64,000 bases of DNA, from contig CAVTMK010000003.1 in assembly GCA_963735805.1 (NCBI GenBank), positions 384,001 through 448,000 of the forward strand, written 5' to 3'. Position numbers and translations under genes: made by a program. Origin of the DNA: an uncultured Verrucomicrobiae bacterium (GTDB taxonomy: Bacteria; Verrucomicrobiota; Verrucomicrobiia; Chthoniobacterales; UBA10450). This document shows positions 43,382-51,584 of the stretch, piece by piece (the first letter of the stretch is position 1; the number at the start of each line of letters is the position of its first letter). The notes beneath the pieces were generated by a model. That model ran no database searches. It was not told the DNA's origin and saw nothing but the letters and a program-made list of their open reading frames with translations.

Positions 43382-45007
43382 TTAAGTTTCGCCTGCACCT
43401 TGCAGGAGCGCCTGCCAGGCCTGACTGTCAGGCTCAATTAATCCAGTAATCGAAATATTGGAGTGACTCTGAAAAGCTTCAATCGCAGTCACCGTATTCG
43501 ACTTCGCTGATTGTCGCCCAATCTTTCCGTCAACGCCTTTCGGATCCAGCTCAGGCGCTTGCAACCTTTGCGCTGCAGCTTCCAAGAGGCGTTGCACAGT
43601 CTCGACATCGGCTTGAAGATTGCGCGCGCCTTTTTCCCAACGGCCGACGGAACCAGAAAGCGCAAGCGTAGTGCTGACCACGTCATTCGACTCGGGCCTC
43701 GGTTCGGGCTCTTGTTCCGGCTCGTCTTCTGCGCCGAGAACGGCGCTGACATTTGCGTCCAATAAAAGGCCTTTGTCCTTACGGGCTGTTAGAATATCTA
43801 CGGCCTGATCAACGTTATTCTTCATCGTGTCGAAGTCCGTCGCTTTGAACAAAAGCTCGGTTTGATACCACTGAGCGACTTCTGGTTTCTGAAGCTCCGT
43901 TTGTAAGTCAAGAAGCCGGTTGTAGGTTTTGGGATCCATGTGGCTGATCTTTTCCAGCAGATGGTAGCTTTTGGCCGAATTGCCGCTAATGAGACCGGCG
44001 TCGTTGTCCTTGAGGATCATCCGATTAATTAGGACAGCTTCCGGCGGAATTTCCTTCAACTGTTCGGCGGCCTTCGCGGAATCGCTTTTCTTGGCCTTTT
44101 GCTTCAGGACACCATTTTCAATCCACACGTAGACTTTCTGGGAATGCATGTTGCCGCTGAAGCGATCAGCCTGGCTCATGATAAAGTCCATGAGCACCAT
44201 GTCCGAAAGATCCTTTATTTGGATGATTTGCTGAACAGCAGCCTGATTGAGTTTACCGTTTGCGTCTTTGTAGTTTAATTTGAGCGGGCTGGAGTTGGTT
44301 ACTTTGCCAAATTCGGCCGAAGCCGCAAAAGCAGCGGCTCCCCCGAGATCGCTCAGGTGCGGGTAACTTTGTTCTCCAGTGGGATTGGCTTGGAGAGCGC
44401 CACAGAGCTGCTTGCCATCTTCGGTATAAAGCGCCGGATTACTATGGGTTTCATCGAGCGCTCTTAGCTCCGTCCACTGTTGTCGGTTGTTCGATCCGAT
44501 TGCTTTTGCCTTGCCCAAATCAGCCAGAGGTTTGTGCGCGGCCACTTCCATCGTCCGGACGATGGCAGGTTCAACATGTCCGGTGTCAAGGAATCGCGAC
44601 AGATGATAATAACCCAGTATCGAAGGACTATAAGTGAAATGAGTGGGGATCGTTTGCTTGTATTTTGCAATGATTTTGTCGTTACTTGAATGGGACTTTG
44701 CCGTATGGCCTTCGGCATAACTGAGATGGCTCGTTCCTGCCGGCAGGTTAACCGCGTGAAGGTTGATCCCAGGCGACGTGCTGTACGTTTTTGGTATAAG
44801 AACGATGTCCAATCCTTTTTGTGTTTTTCCATTGTAGAAGTCGATTTCAGCCAGTTCCTTTTCTTTGTCGACGTCCTTCTTGCTATAAATCTCGGGATGT
44901 CCAGGAAAAGGTAGTGAGCGGATGGCGGACTCAACTGTGCCATTGGGAGCCACATGTTTGACTGTTTCCTGTCCGCGTGGCGTGTTCACGTCAAAAACGC
45001 TCGCCAA
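43382..45007 (-). CDS. Atypical kinase-like protein (Fam20C/PI4K-II-like motifs) with C-terminal PG-binding-like module
   Basis: YYHLSRFL..HVEPAIVRT, DFIMSQADRFSGN, ILKDNDAG; TTG start. Confidence 0.7.
   Translation of the reverse strand: MASVFDVNTPRGQETVKHVAPNGTVESAIRSLPFPGHPEIYSKKDVDKEKELAEIDFYNGKTQKGLDIVLIPKTYSTSPGINLHAVNLPAGTSHLSYAEGHTAKSHSSNDKIIAKYKQTIPTHFTYSPSILGYYHLSRFLDTGHVEPAIVRTMEVAAHKPLADLGKAKAIGSNNRQQWTELRALDETHSNPALYTEDGKQLCGALQANPTGEQSYPHLSDLGGAAAFAASAEFGKVTNSSPLKLNYKDANGKLNQAAVQQIIQIKDLSDMVLMDFIMSQADRFSGNMHSQKVYVWIENGVLKQKAKKSDSAKAAEQLKEIPPEAVLINRMILKDNDAGLISGNSAKSYHLLEKISHMDPKTYNRLLDLQTELQKPEVAQWYQTELLFKATDFDTMKNNVDQAVDILTARKDKGLLLDANVSAVLGAEDEPEQEPEPRPESNDVVSTTLALSGSVGRWEKGARNLQADVETVQRLLEAAAQRLQAPELDPKGVDGKIGRQSAKSNTVTAIEAFQSHSNISITGLIEPDSQAWQALLQGAGET
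43400..43651 (-). repeat. Shared 84-aa module, copy 2 (inverted relative to copy 1)
   Basis: 72/84 aa identical to copy 1 by manual count. Confidence 0.9.
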
Positions 45008-45035
45008 ATTTCTGATCTGCCTGGTCTAACACCTC

Positions 45036-46442
45036 TCAGGTAGCTGGAGTCGACGTTTCGTCAACCGGAGTAGCCGGGCTCGGCGCAGCATTGGGTGCAG
45101 CCAGGGCGGCTTCAAGCTCTTTAGCATAAAGCTTCTTCATCGTTCCCGCAAAATCCAGGTCTACCAGAATATCTTTAGTATCCACTCGATTCTTCAGCGA
45201 TTCCGCCTGCTTAACAACGCTCGCTTTCAACTTATCGTAGTTATCGCTTGAGACATGAACGACGTTCACAAAGTAGTCCTTTACTTTGGCGTCCGAACCT
45301 GGTTCAGCATCCTGCATCAACCCTGCCAGCCATTGTAACCGATTATAGATCGTTTGATCGATATGATGCGTCTCGTTGAGAATAGGAGTGACCGAAATCG
45401 AATTCATTCCCCAGTTGAAGCCATCGTCGTTGTCCTTGTACATGATTCGCTTCAGCGGCAGAAGCGGGCTTACCGCTTCGGTCTTGTCCTTGTCGGTTAC
45501 TTTGTCATCCCATTTTACTTTTCCTTTATTGGTCACGTAGTGTTGCAAAACTGCGATGCTGATGTTGCCGAGGCGATCAACCTGGCGAAAGATTGAATCC
45601 AGAATCACGCCTCGGGTCATGTCCTGTGCGAGTGCCAGGTCTTGAAGACACTTCGCGTCGTTCAAATTCAAAATGCTGGCCACCGGGGACTTTGATGAAA
45701 GGACCTTGTAGAAGCTGTGCCCCCTAATCGCATCCCTTGTCCAATAATCCTCAGGACTGCTGTTCTCCCCGCGCGGATTCTGCGCTATCGATCCAAAGAC
45801 AAGCTTTCCATCTGGAAGAACCACTTTCGAACTTCCCGACTTCACCATCGACCGCAGAACTCCCCAGGCTTCGGTACAACTCGGATGGCCAGTCGTTCGG
45901 GCTTGCTCTCCTACCTTCTCAAACTCCTGAATACCCATCGTCCGATAAGTGGCAGGCGGCACTTCAACAAGATGCCCCAGCAGCCTGGATACGTAAAAAC
46001 ACGCAAGACCCGACTGGGCCATAGTACCTACTTTGAACTTGGCTACCTTTTTCCCAGATCTCTTATTGCTGTACTTCTTGGTAACGCCCGGACGATATGG
46101 GCCTTCCGTTTTTTCGAACGCTTCTTTGCTGAGCGTCGAAGGCAGCTCATAGATTTCTATTCCCGCTGAAGTGTTATGAAGCTTTGGGACAACGCCCACG
46201 CTTTGCGGTCCGCTGGCAGCATAGAAGTCGAGACTATCAAGCTCATCAATTTCATTTTTGTCATGCTTCGTAAACCAGTCCTTCGAAGCCGAAAGAGCAT
46301 CCTCCTCATTGAGTTTCACATCAGGAGGAGTAAACGGGAACTGGACCAGCCGTTGGGCGATTTCGGTGACACCGTCGGGGGTCGAATGTTCTACAACTGG
46401 CGGATCTCCAAGCGGAAGCGATCCATCGGAAATAGAGCTCAT
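45036..46442 (-). CDS. Atypical kinase-like protein, paralog of the adjacent gene
   Basis: FYVSRLL..VEVPPATYRT, LDSIFRQVDRLGN, MYKDNDDG. Confidence 0.7.
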   Translation of the reverse strand: MSSISDGSLPLGDPPVVEHSTPDGVTEIAQRLVQFPFTPPDVKLNEEDALSASKDWFTKHDKNEIDELDSLDFYAASGPQSVGVVPKLHNTSAGIEIYELPSTLSKEAFEKTEGPYRPGVTKKYSNKRSGKKVAKFKVGTMAQSGLACFYVSRLLGHLVEVPPATYRTMGIQEFEKVGEQARTTGHPSCTEAWGVLRSMVKSGSSKVVLPDGKLVFGSIAQNPRGENSSPEDYWTRDAIRGHSFYKVLSSKSPVASILNLNDAKCLQDLALAQDMTRGVILDSIFRQVDRLGNISIAVLQHYVTNKGKVKWDDKVTDKDKTEAVSPLLPLKRIMYKDNDDGFNWGMNSISVTPILNETHHIDQTIYNRLQWLAGLMQDAEPGSDAKVKDYFVNVVHVSSDNYDKLKASVVKQAESLKNRVDTKDILVDLDFAGTMKKLYAKELEAALAAPNAAPSPATPVDETSTPAT

Positions 46443-46696
46443 GTTCCAGTTTTCCAGCGCTTATCCACGCGCACTGACATACTTTACGAAAAAACAGCTG
46501 ATGAAAAGGCAAAATATCAATGCGGCAATCCGTTGAGGCGATTCTCGGGCCGGCCGGCGTAAAGAACAACGTTGCTGTCCCGGGATGACAGGGGCCTAAA
46601 ACGTGAGTAAGAATCGATTTTACTCTCTGAAACCGAGACTGCAGATTTCAGTGAGTTGCGGTATCTTCAACAATCAGGTGGGCAACAAATAAAGCC

Positions 46697-47647
46697 ATGC
46701 CGAAAGAGTGGTACATCAGTTTTCACGGCGGCGACGAGAGGACTTCTCTAAACAACATTCACGTCTATTCCACCGACGGGAAAAAAATTCGGAAAGCTCT
46801 AAACAAAAAGAGCGTTCCAGAGGATATCACGCTTCGTGAACTTCGCGGATTCGCGTTCGGGCCAGACAAAAATCTGTACGTGGTCAACGCATACTTTGAA
46901 TATAGCCAGATTCTAAAGTTTAACGGCGCGCTCAACAAAGACGGGCAGCACGACTTTGCCGGTGTTTTTGTAAACCGCCATGCGGAATCGAACCCTGGGA
47001 TCGATCATCCCTTTAACGTAGTGTTTGATCCCAATGGCGATCTCTACGTTTCAAGTCAAAATACGAGTCTTGTCGCAAGGTATCACGGTCCCGCCGGCAA
47101 GCATGGCCAACCAGGGCTGCCCATGCCTTTCCCCGAGAGTCTCGATCCTGACTTGAACCTGCCGCCCGGAACTTTTGTCCCATCAGCAAAGCATGTGTCT
47201 GACGGTCTAGTAGAAGTTAGAGAAGCGATTTTTGCGGCGGATAATAATCTATATATCGCAGATCGCGCTGCCGATTGCGTACGGATTTATGAGGGTCATA
47301 CTGGACACTTTCTGAGAAATCTTGTTTCAGGAAGCAATCAGGTCGACAAGCCTATCCATTTATTGCTCAGTCCGGACGGCGGTTATCTTTTCATTGGAAG
47401 CGGCGGGACCGATTCAATTCTGCGACATGACCTTTGCCAGAACTCCACGAAGGTCTTTGTCGCGCCAAAATCCGGTGGGCTTAATGGCCCAGCCGGAATG
47501 GCATTCGGGGACGACGGTTCTCTGTATGTCGCCAGTCGGAATTCGTATCAGATCCTCCGTTACGATGCCAAAGACGGTCGACCATTCACCAGGGTATTCA
47601 TCAAGGACCTGGCGGATAATCCCGAGTTTTTGATGCTGGTCGGTTGA
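46697..47647 (+). CDS. NHL/Vgb-like beta-propeller protein
   Basis: Repeats GFAFGPDKNLYV, VVFDPNGDLYV, GMAFGDDGSLYV. Confidence 0.8.
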   Translation: MPKEWYISFHGGDERTSLNNIHVYSTDGKKIRKALNKKSVPEDITLRELRGFAFGPDKNLYVVNAYFEYSQILKFNGALNKDGQHDFAGVFVNRHAESNPGIDHPFNVVFDPNGDLYVSSQNTSLVARYHGPAGKHGQPGLPMPFPESLDPDLNLPPGTFVPSAKHVSDGLVEVREAIFAADNNLYIADRAADCVRIYEGHTGHFLRNLVSGSNQVDKPIHLLLSPDGGYLFIGSGGTDSILRHDLCQNSTKVFVAPKSGGLNGPAGMAFGDDGSLYVASRNSYQILRYDAKDGRPFTRVFIKDLADNPEFLMLVG

Positions 47648-47723
47648 ACCGTTTCTCTCGCTCAAACGTACCATCTTTCGACGATTGACGGCACGCTCGA
47701 AATTTGATTTAACAAATGCCTAT

Positions 47724-48125
47724 ATGAAGACCTACCTCCCAATGGCCTCCCTGGTTATGTCACTTCTTCTGGCGAGTTGCGCCTCGATGAACACCGCGCA
47801 TACGCCAGCGGATGGTAGCACGGCGAAAAATGCGATCCTATCGGCAACGCAACGCGCGCTAGCTCGTCAGGGCCGCAAGAATCTAGTGTTGGTCGTGCCG
47901 TACCTGAAAGTCCATAACGGCTGGGCGTGGATACAGGTCAATCCTCAATCGGCAAACGGGAAGCAGCATTACGAATCGCAGTCCGGACTTCTGCAAGAAA
48001 AGGCGACGAATGACTGGACACTGTTAGAATGGATGCCTGCCGAGGAAGGAACCGATTACGCGAAGTACTTCAAAAATCTGAAGGCCAAATACCCGACGGC
48101 ACCGCCAGATATCTTCCCGCAGTAA
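47724..48125 (+). CDS. Hypothetical lipoprotein
   Basis: MKTY...LLASC lipobox; small alpha/beta domain. Confidence 0.7.
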   Translation: MKTYLPMASLVMSLLLASCASMNTAHTPADGSTAKNAILSATQRALARQGRKNLVLVVPYLKVHNGWAWIQVNPQSANGKQHYESQSGLLQEKATNDWTLLEWMPAEEGTDYAKYFKNLKAKYPTAPPDIFPQ

Positions 48126-48171
48126 GACCTAACGAATCGGGAGGCACGGGTCGGCTAGCCAGCCGACAAAC

Positions 48172-48996
48172 TCAGGTGGGCGGTAAATTTTCCTGCCATT
48201 GATTGAGCTTCAGTGTCGGATCAATCAGATCTTTCCGCCGCATGAATGGCACACCGTTCTTCATGGCTGAGCCAGAATCACTGGCCACAGTAAGAGGACC
48301 CGACAGACTCTTGTCATACAGTTCAAAGTGCAGCATATCGCTAGGCACTTGAATTCCGATCAAATGCCCTACACTGGCAATTTTCTGCCCCGCCTTGACT
48401 GTAGCGCCAGCAATAACCTCAGTCTTGCTTTGGATCTCTCCATAACGAACAAGAAAAGGTCCGTGATCAATCTCCAAGGCGAAAGTTTCACAGTAAAATG
48501 GATACGGCCCTCGCGTGACCACGCCGTCGGCAATGGCGTGAATTGGAGTGCCCTTGGGAAAGTAGAGATCACAGCCGGCATGCAAACGGGCACCACCAGC
48601 ACGCGGGGATGCAAACGCCCGAGGCCGTTCCTCCCAGCTCTCGGAGGGAACAGTAGGAAAAGGAAAAAGCCATTGAGAAACGTCCAAAACATTTTCCGAC
48701 GCAGTTGGCACTTTTGCTGCAACTCCCAGCAGCGCGGCCAACGTCTGGCTGCCTGGCGCAATAATTCCGTCCACCGCACTGGTGAAACGGCTCTGAAAGG
48801 CTTCTATCGCCTCTACAGTGTCTGACGTCGTAGATGGTCGCGAGATCTTTCCGTCCACTCCTTTTGGGTCGATTTCCGGAGCTTCCAAAATCTCGGCAGC
48901 CGTTTTCAAGAGGCGTTGCACGCTTCTTACATCGTCCGGAAGATTGCGCGCACCTTTTTCCCACCGCCCAACTGAAGCCGAGATTTCTGAACTCAT
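48172..48996 (-). CDS. M23 family metallopeptidase with N-terminal PG-binding-like module
   Basis: HAGCD (HxxxD), GTPIHAIADG, RYGEI, MLHFE. Confidence 0.85.
   Translation of the reverse strand: MSSEISASVGRWEKGARNLPDDVRSVQRLLKTAAEILEAPEIDPKGVDGKISRPSTTSDTVEAIEAFQSRFTSAVDGIIAPGSQTLAALLGVAAKVPTASENVLDVSQWLFPFPTVPSESWEERPRAFASPRAGGARLHAGCDLYFPKGTPIHAIADGVVTRGPYPFYCETFALEIDHGPFLVRYGEIQSKTEVIAGATVKAGQKIASVGHLIGIQVPSDMLHFELYDKSLSGPLTVASDSGSAMKNGVPFMRRKDLIDPTLKLNQWQENLPPT
48724..48975 (-). repeat. Shared 84-aa module, copy 3
   Basis: 54/84 aa identical to copy 1 by manual count; same length, no gaps. Confidence 0.9.
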
Positions 48997-49105
48997 GATC
49001 GACTCGCCAATTGCATGCGCCTCCGGAGCACAAGGCTAGCTCTTCATTTCGCAAAAGTCGAAGCCGATACTCCTCGCACCTATTGAGGCGAAGACGTTCC
49101 GTAAG

Positions 49106-50047
49106 CTAACCCTCTTGAATTAGCGGCTCCGGCTCGTCTCCTTTTCGGAAGATCATCCACACACCAGCGAGAACCAAACACGCGCCGAGGAGCGACCAGC
49201 TGGAAAATGTCTCGCCGCCAACCGCCCAACCTAACGCGACGGCGCCAGGTGGCGTGATGAGCGAGATCGCCTGCAGCCTGGCCACAGTCATTCGGGGCAA
49301 TAGCCAGTAAAGAAGCAAAAAAGTGAGCGCCGAGCCGATTACCGCGAGGTAAAGCAGGCAAAAAATCGACACAACACTCCAATGAAACTTCAACGGATTT
49401 CCTTCAACCAAAAATCCGATCAAGAGCAATGGCGCCGCACCGAAAATCATTTGCCAGGCAGCAATCATCGCCGGAGCCAGTTGGGCCCCGCGCGCCTTGA
49501 GCAACACATTTGAAAACGCAGAACTGGCTGCTCCCACTATGATGCCAAGCCCGCCCCAGAAAGCCATGAACCCGTTGAAGCCGAGAAGACGTTCGCAAAT
49601 AATTGCTACACCACCAACCGCGAGAAGCGCGCCCAGAAGTTTGGGCACCTGCAGTGGTTCCTCGGGAAGCATTACGTGCGCGAAAAGCATGCCGAAGATT
49701 GGGATGGTCGCCTGCAATACTGCTGCCAGACCGGATGAAACGTGCAGTTCGCCCCAGAAAAGGAGACCGTAATTTAGCGCAAACATCAGCACGCCAGTAA
49801 AAGCCAGCAACAGATAGTCGGATCCGCGCCGCGGTAACAAGCCCACTCGTCCGGCAGATACGGCAAAAAGGACGACGATCGCCACGAGAAAACGGATACC
49901 CGCGTAAGAGATTGGCGGTAGATCGCGCAATCCGATTTTGATGACGAGCCACGTCGAGCTCCAGACAACGCAAAGCGTCAGCCATGCCACAGGCACCCCC
50001 CATCCGGTCCTTGACCGCCACTTGAATTTCGGCGACACGCTTTTCAT
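49106..50047 (-). CDS. EamA/DMT family transporter
   Basis: VWSSTW, ~10 TM helices in two EamA repeats. Confidence 0.9.
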   Translation of the reverse strand: MKSVSPKFKWRSRTGWGVPVAWLTLCVVWSSTWLVIKIGLRDLPPISYAGIRFLVAIVVLFAVSAGRVGLLPRRGSDYLLLAFTGVLMFALNYGLLFWGELHVSSGLAAVLQATIPIFGMLFAHVMLPEEPLQVPKLLGALLAVGGVAIICERLLGFNGFMAFWGGLGIIVGAASSAFSNVLLKARGAQLAPAMIAAWQMIFGAAPLLLIGFLVEGNPLKFHWSVVSIFCLLYLAVIGSALTFLLLYWLLPRMTVARLQAISLITPPGAVALGWAVGGETFSSWSLLGACLVLAGVWMIFRKGDEPEPLIQEG

Positions 50048-50288
50048 TTTGTCCGCTCGACCATCGCGTAGTGGCTTCCATTCGTAAAGGCACGTAGGGA
50101 ACCACTGATCAGAGGCATTAATGCTTTATCGCGCACCGAAGAAACGGTGGTGGCGACTAGGCGTATTCGTTAGCTCTAAAATGCTCGCCGGGTACCTGCT
50201 GAAACCTGTATGGGGAAAAGGTTTAAAGATTTTGCTTGCCCATCAAGATGCAACCCGTTAGACCAAAGCCTTTAACGCCCGAACCCAT

Positions 50289-50759
50289 ATGATATCACTT
50301 ATGCAAAATCTCCTCATTAATACCTTATCATTACTCGCACAGGTCGAGTATTCATACTCGTCCTCATCACAGGGCAAAGCCCCTGGCCCAGTCTTCTGGG
50401 TCTGCTGGTTTGCGTTCGCGATTTTGATGATTGCGGCGCTTTGGAAAATTTTTACAAAAGCTGGACAGCCAGGATGGGCGTCCATTATTCCAATTCTCAA
50501 CACCTATTTCTTATGTAAGATCGCCGGCCGGCCCGGTTGGTGGGTAATCTTGATGTTGATTCCCATTGTGAATTTCATCATCTGGATCGTCCTTTGCATC
50601 GATGTGGCAAAGAGCTTCGGAAAGGGCGTCGGTTTTGGAATTGGTTTGCTTCTGCTGCCGTTTATTTTCTTTCTAATCCTTGGCTTCGGCAGCGCGCAGT
50701 ATCAAGGCCCTTCGGCTGCATCAGGAGTAGCGGTTGCTCCGCCGCCGCAGCCTGCCTAG
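50289..50759 (+). CDS. DUF5684-like membrane protein
   Basis: WKIFTKAGQPGWASIIPI...AKSFGKG..FGIGL. Confidence 0.85.
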   Translation: MISLMQNLLINTLSLLAQVEYSYSSSSQGKAPGPVFWVCWFAFAILMIAALWKIFTKAGQPGWASIIPILNTYFLCKIAGRPGWWVILMLIPIVNFIIWIVLCIDVAKSFGKGVGFGIGLLLLPFIFFLILGFGSAQYQGPSAASGVAVAPPPQPA

Positions 50760-50780
50760 GCCTCGGACGCATTCTGCCTG

Positions 50781-51548
50781 CTACAATTCCGCCCAATTAG
50801 GCTTCCGCTTTTCGTTAAAAGCGGCTATGCCTTCAATCGCTTCTTCCGATTCGCGCGCTTGCATGTGATACCTCAGCGCAAGGTCGACATCTTCTTTTAC
50901 CGAGCTGGACGAAAGCTCTTCGATCAATCGTTTTGTTTGTGCCAGCGCGTCGGGGGCGCCTTGCAGGACCGATTGCGCAAACTTTTGAGCTTCATTCATC
51001 AAATCAGCTTGCGCGACAACACGGTTCACAAGACCGATTTCCTTGGCGCGTTCCGCGCTGATTAACTCGGACCCTAACAACAGCTCACGCATGTCTCGCT
51101 CGCCTACCTGCCGGCGCAAAAAAGTCATCACCAGACCGGCGACCAGCCCGCGACGCACCTCCGGATACCCGATTTTCGTATGTTGCGCTGCGACAACAAA
51201 ATCGCATGCCGACATAATTCCGGCGCCACCCGCAACTGCTGCGCCATGCACGACAGCGATCGTGATAAGACGGGTTTGGCTAATTGCTATCAAAGTGTTT
51301 GCAACCATCTCAGCAGTTGCATGCGCCTTTGTCTGGTCGGCTGCTTCCTTCAAATCCAGCCCGGTACAAAATGCGGCGCCAGCTCCCCGCAAAACGATCA
51401 CGCGCTCCCGTGGCTCATCGGAAGCGATCTTGATGGCGGCATTTAGTTCGCTGAGTAACTCAATCGTTAAAGCGTTGCGACGCTCTGGTCGATTGAGAGT
51501 AAGAACAGTTATTTGCGGTGTTTGCTTTTCAATAAGAACCGTAGGCAT
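50781..51548 (-). CDS. Enoyl-CoA hydratase/isomerase (methylglutaconyl-CoA hydratase-like)
   Basis: LNRPERRNAL, FCTGLDL, AGG, PEVRRG; adjacent to carboxyltransferase. Confidence 0.9.
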   Translation of the reverse strand: MPTVLIEKQTPQITVLTLNRPERRNALTIELLSELNAAIKIASDEPRERVIVLRGAGAAFCTGLDLKEAADQTKAHATAEMVANTLIAISQTRLITIAVVHGAAVAGGAGIMSACDFVVAAQHTKIGYPEVRRGLVAGLVMTFLRRQVGERDMRELLLGSELISAERAKEIGLVNRVVAQADLMNEAQKFAQSVLQGAPDALAQTKRLIEELSSSSVKEDVDLALRYHMQARESEEAIEGIAAFNEKRKPNWAEL

Positions 51549-51584
51549 GACGTGAATGTCGAAATCCGAATGCCAAATATCGAA

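Noticed and set aside
35561..49100. Prophage or integrative element at tRNA-Leu
   Set aside because: No integrase, structural phage genes or duplicated tRNA end seen, and the cluster lies on the tRNA's 5' side
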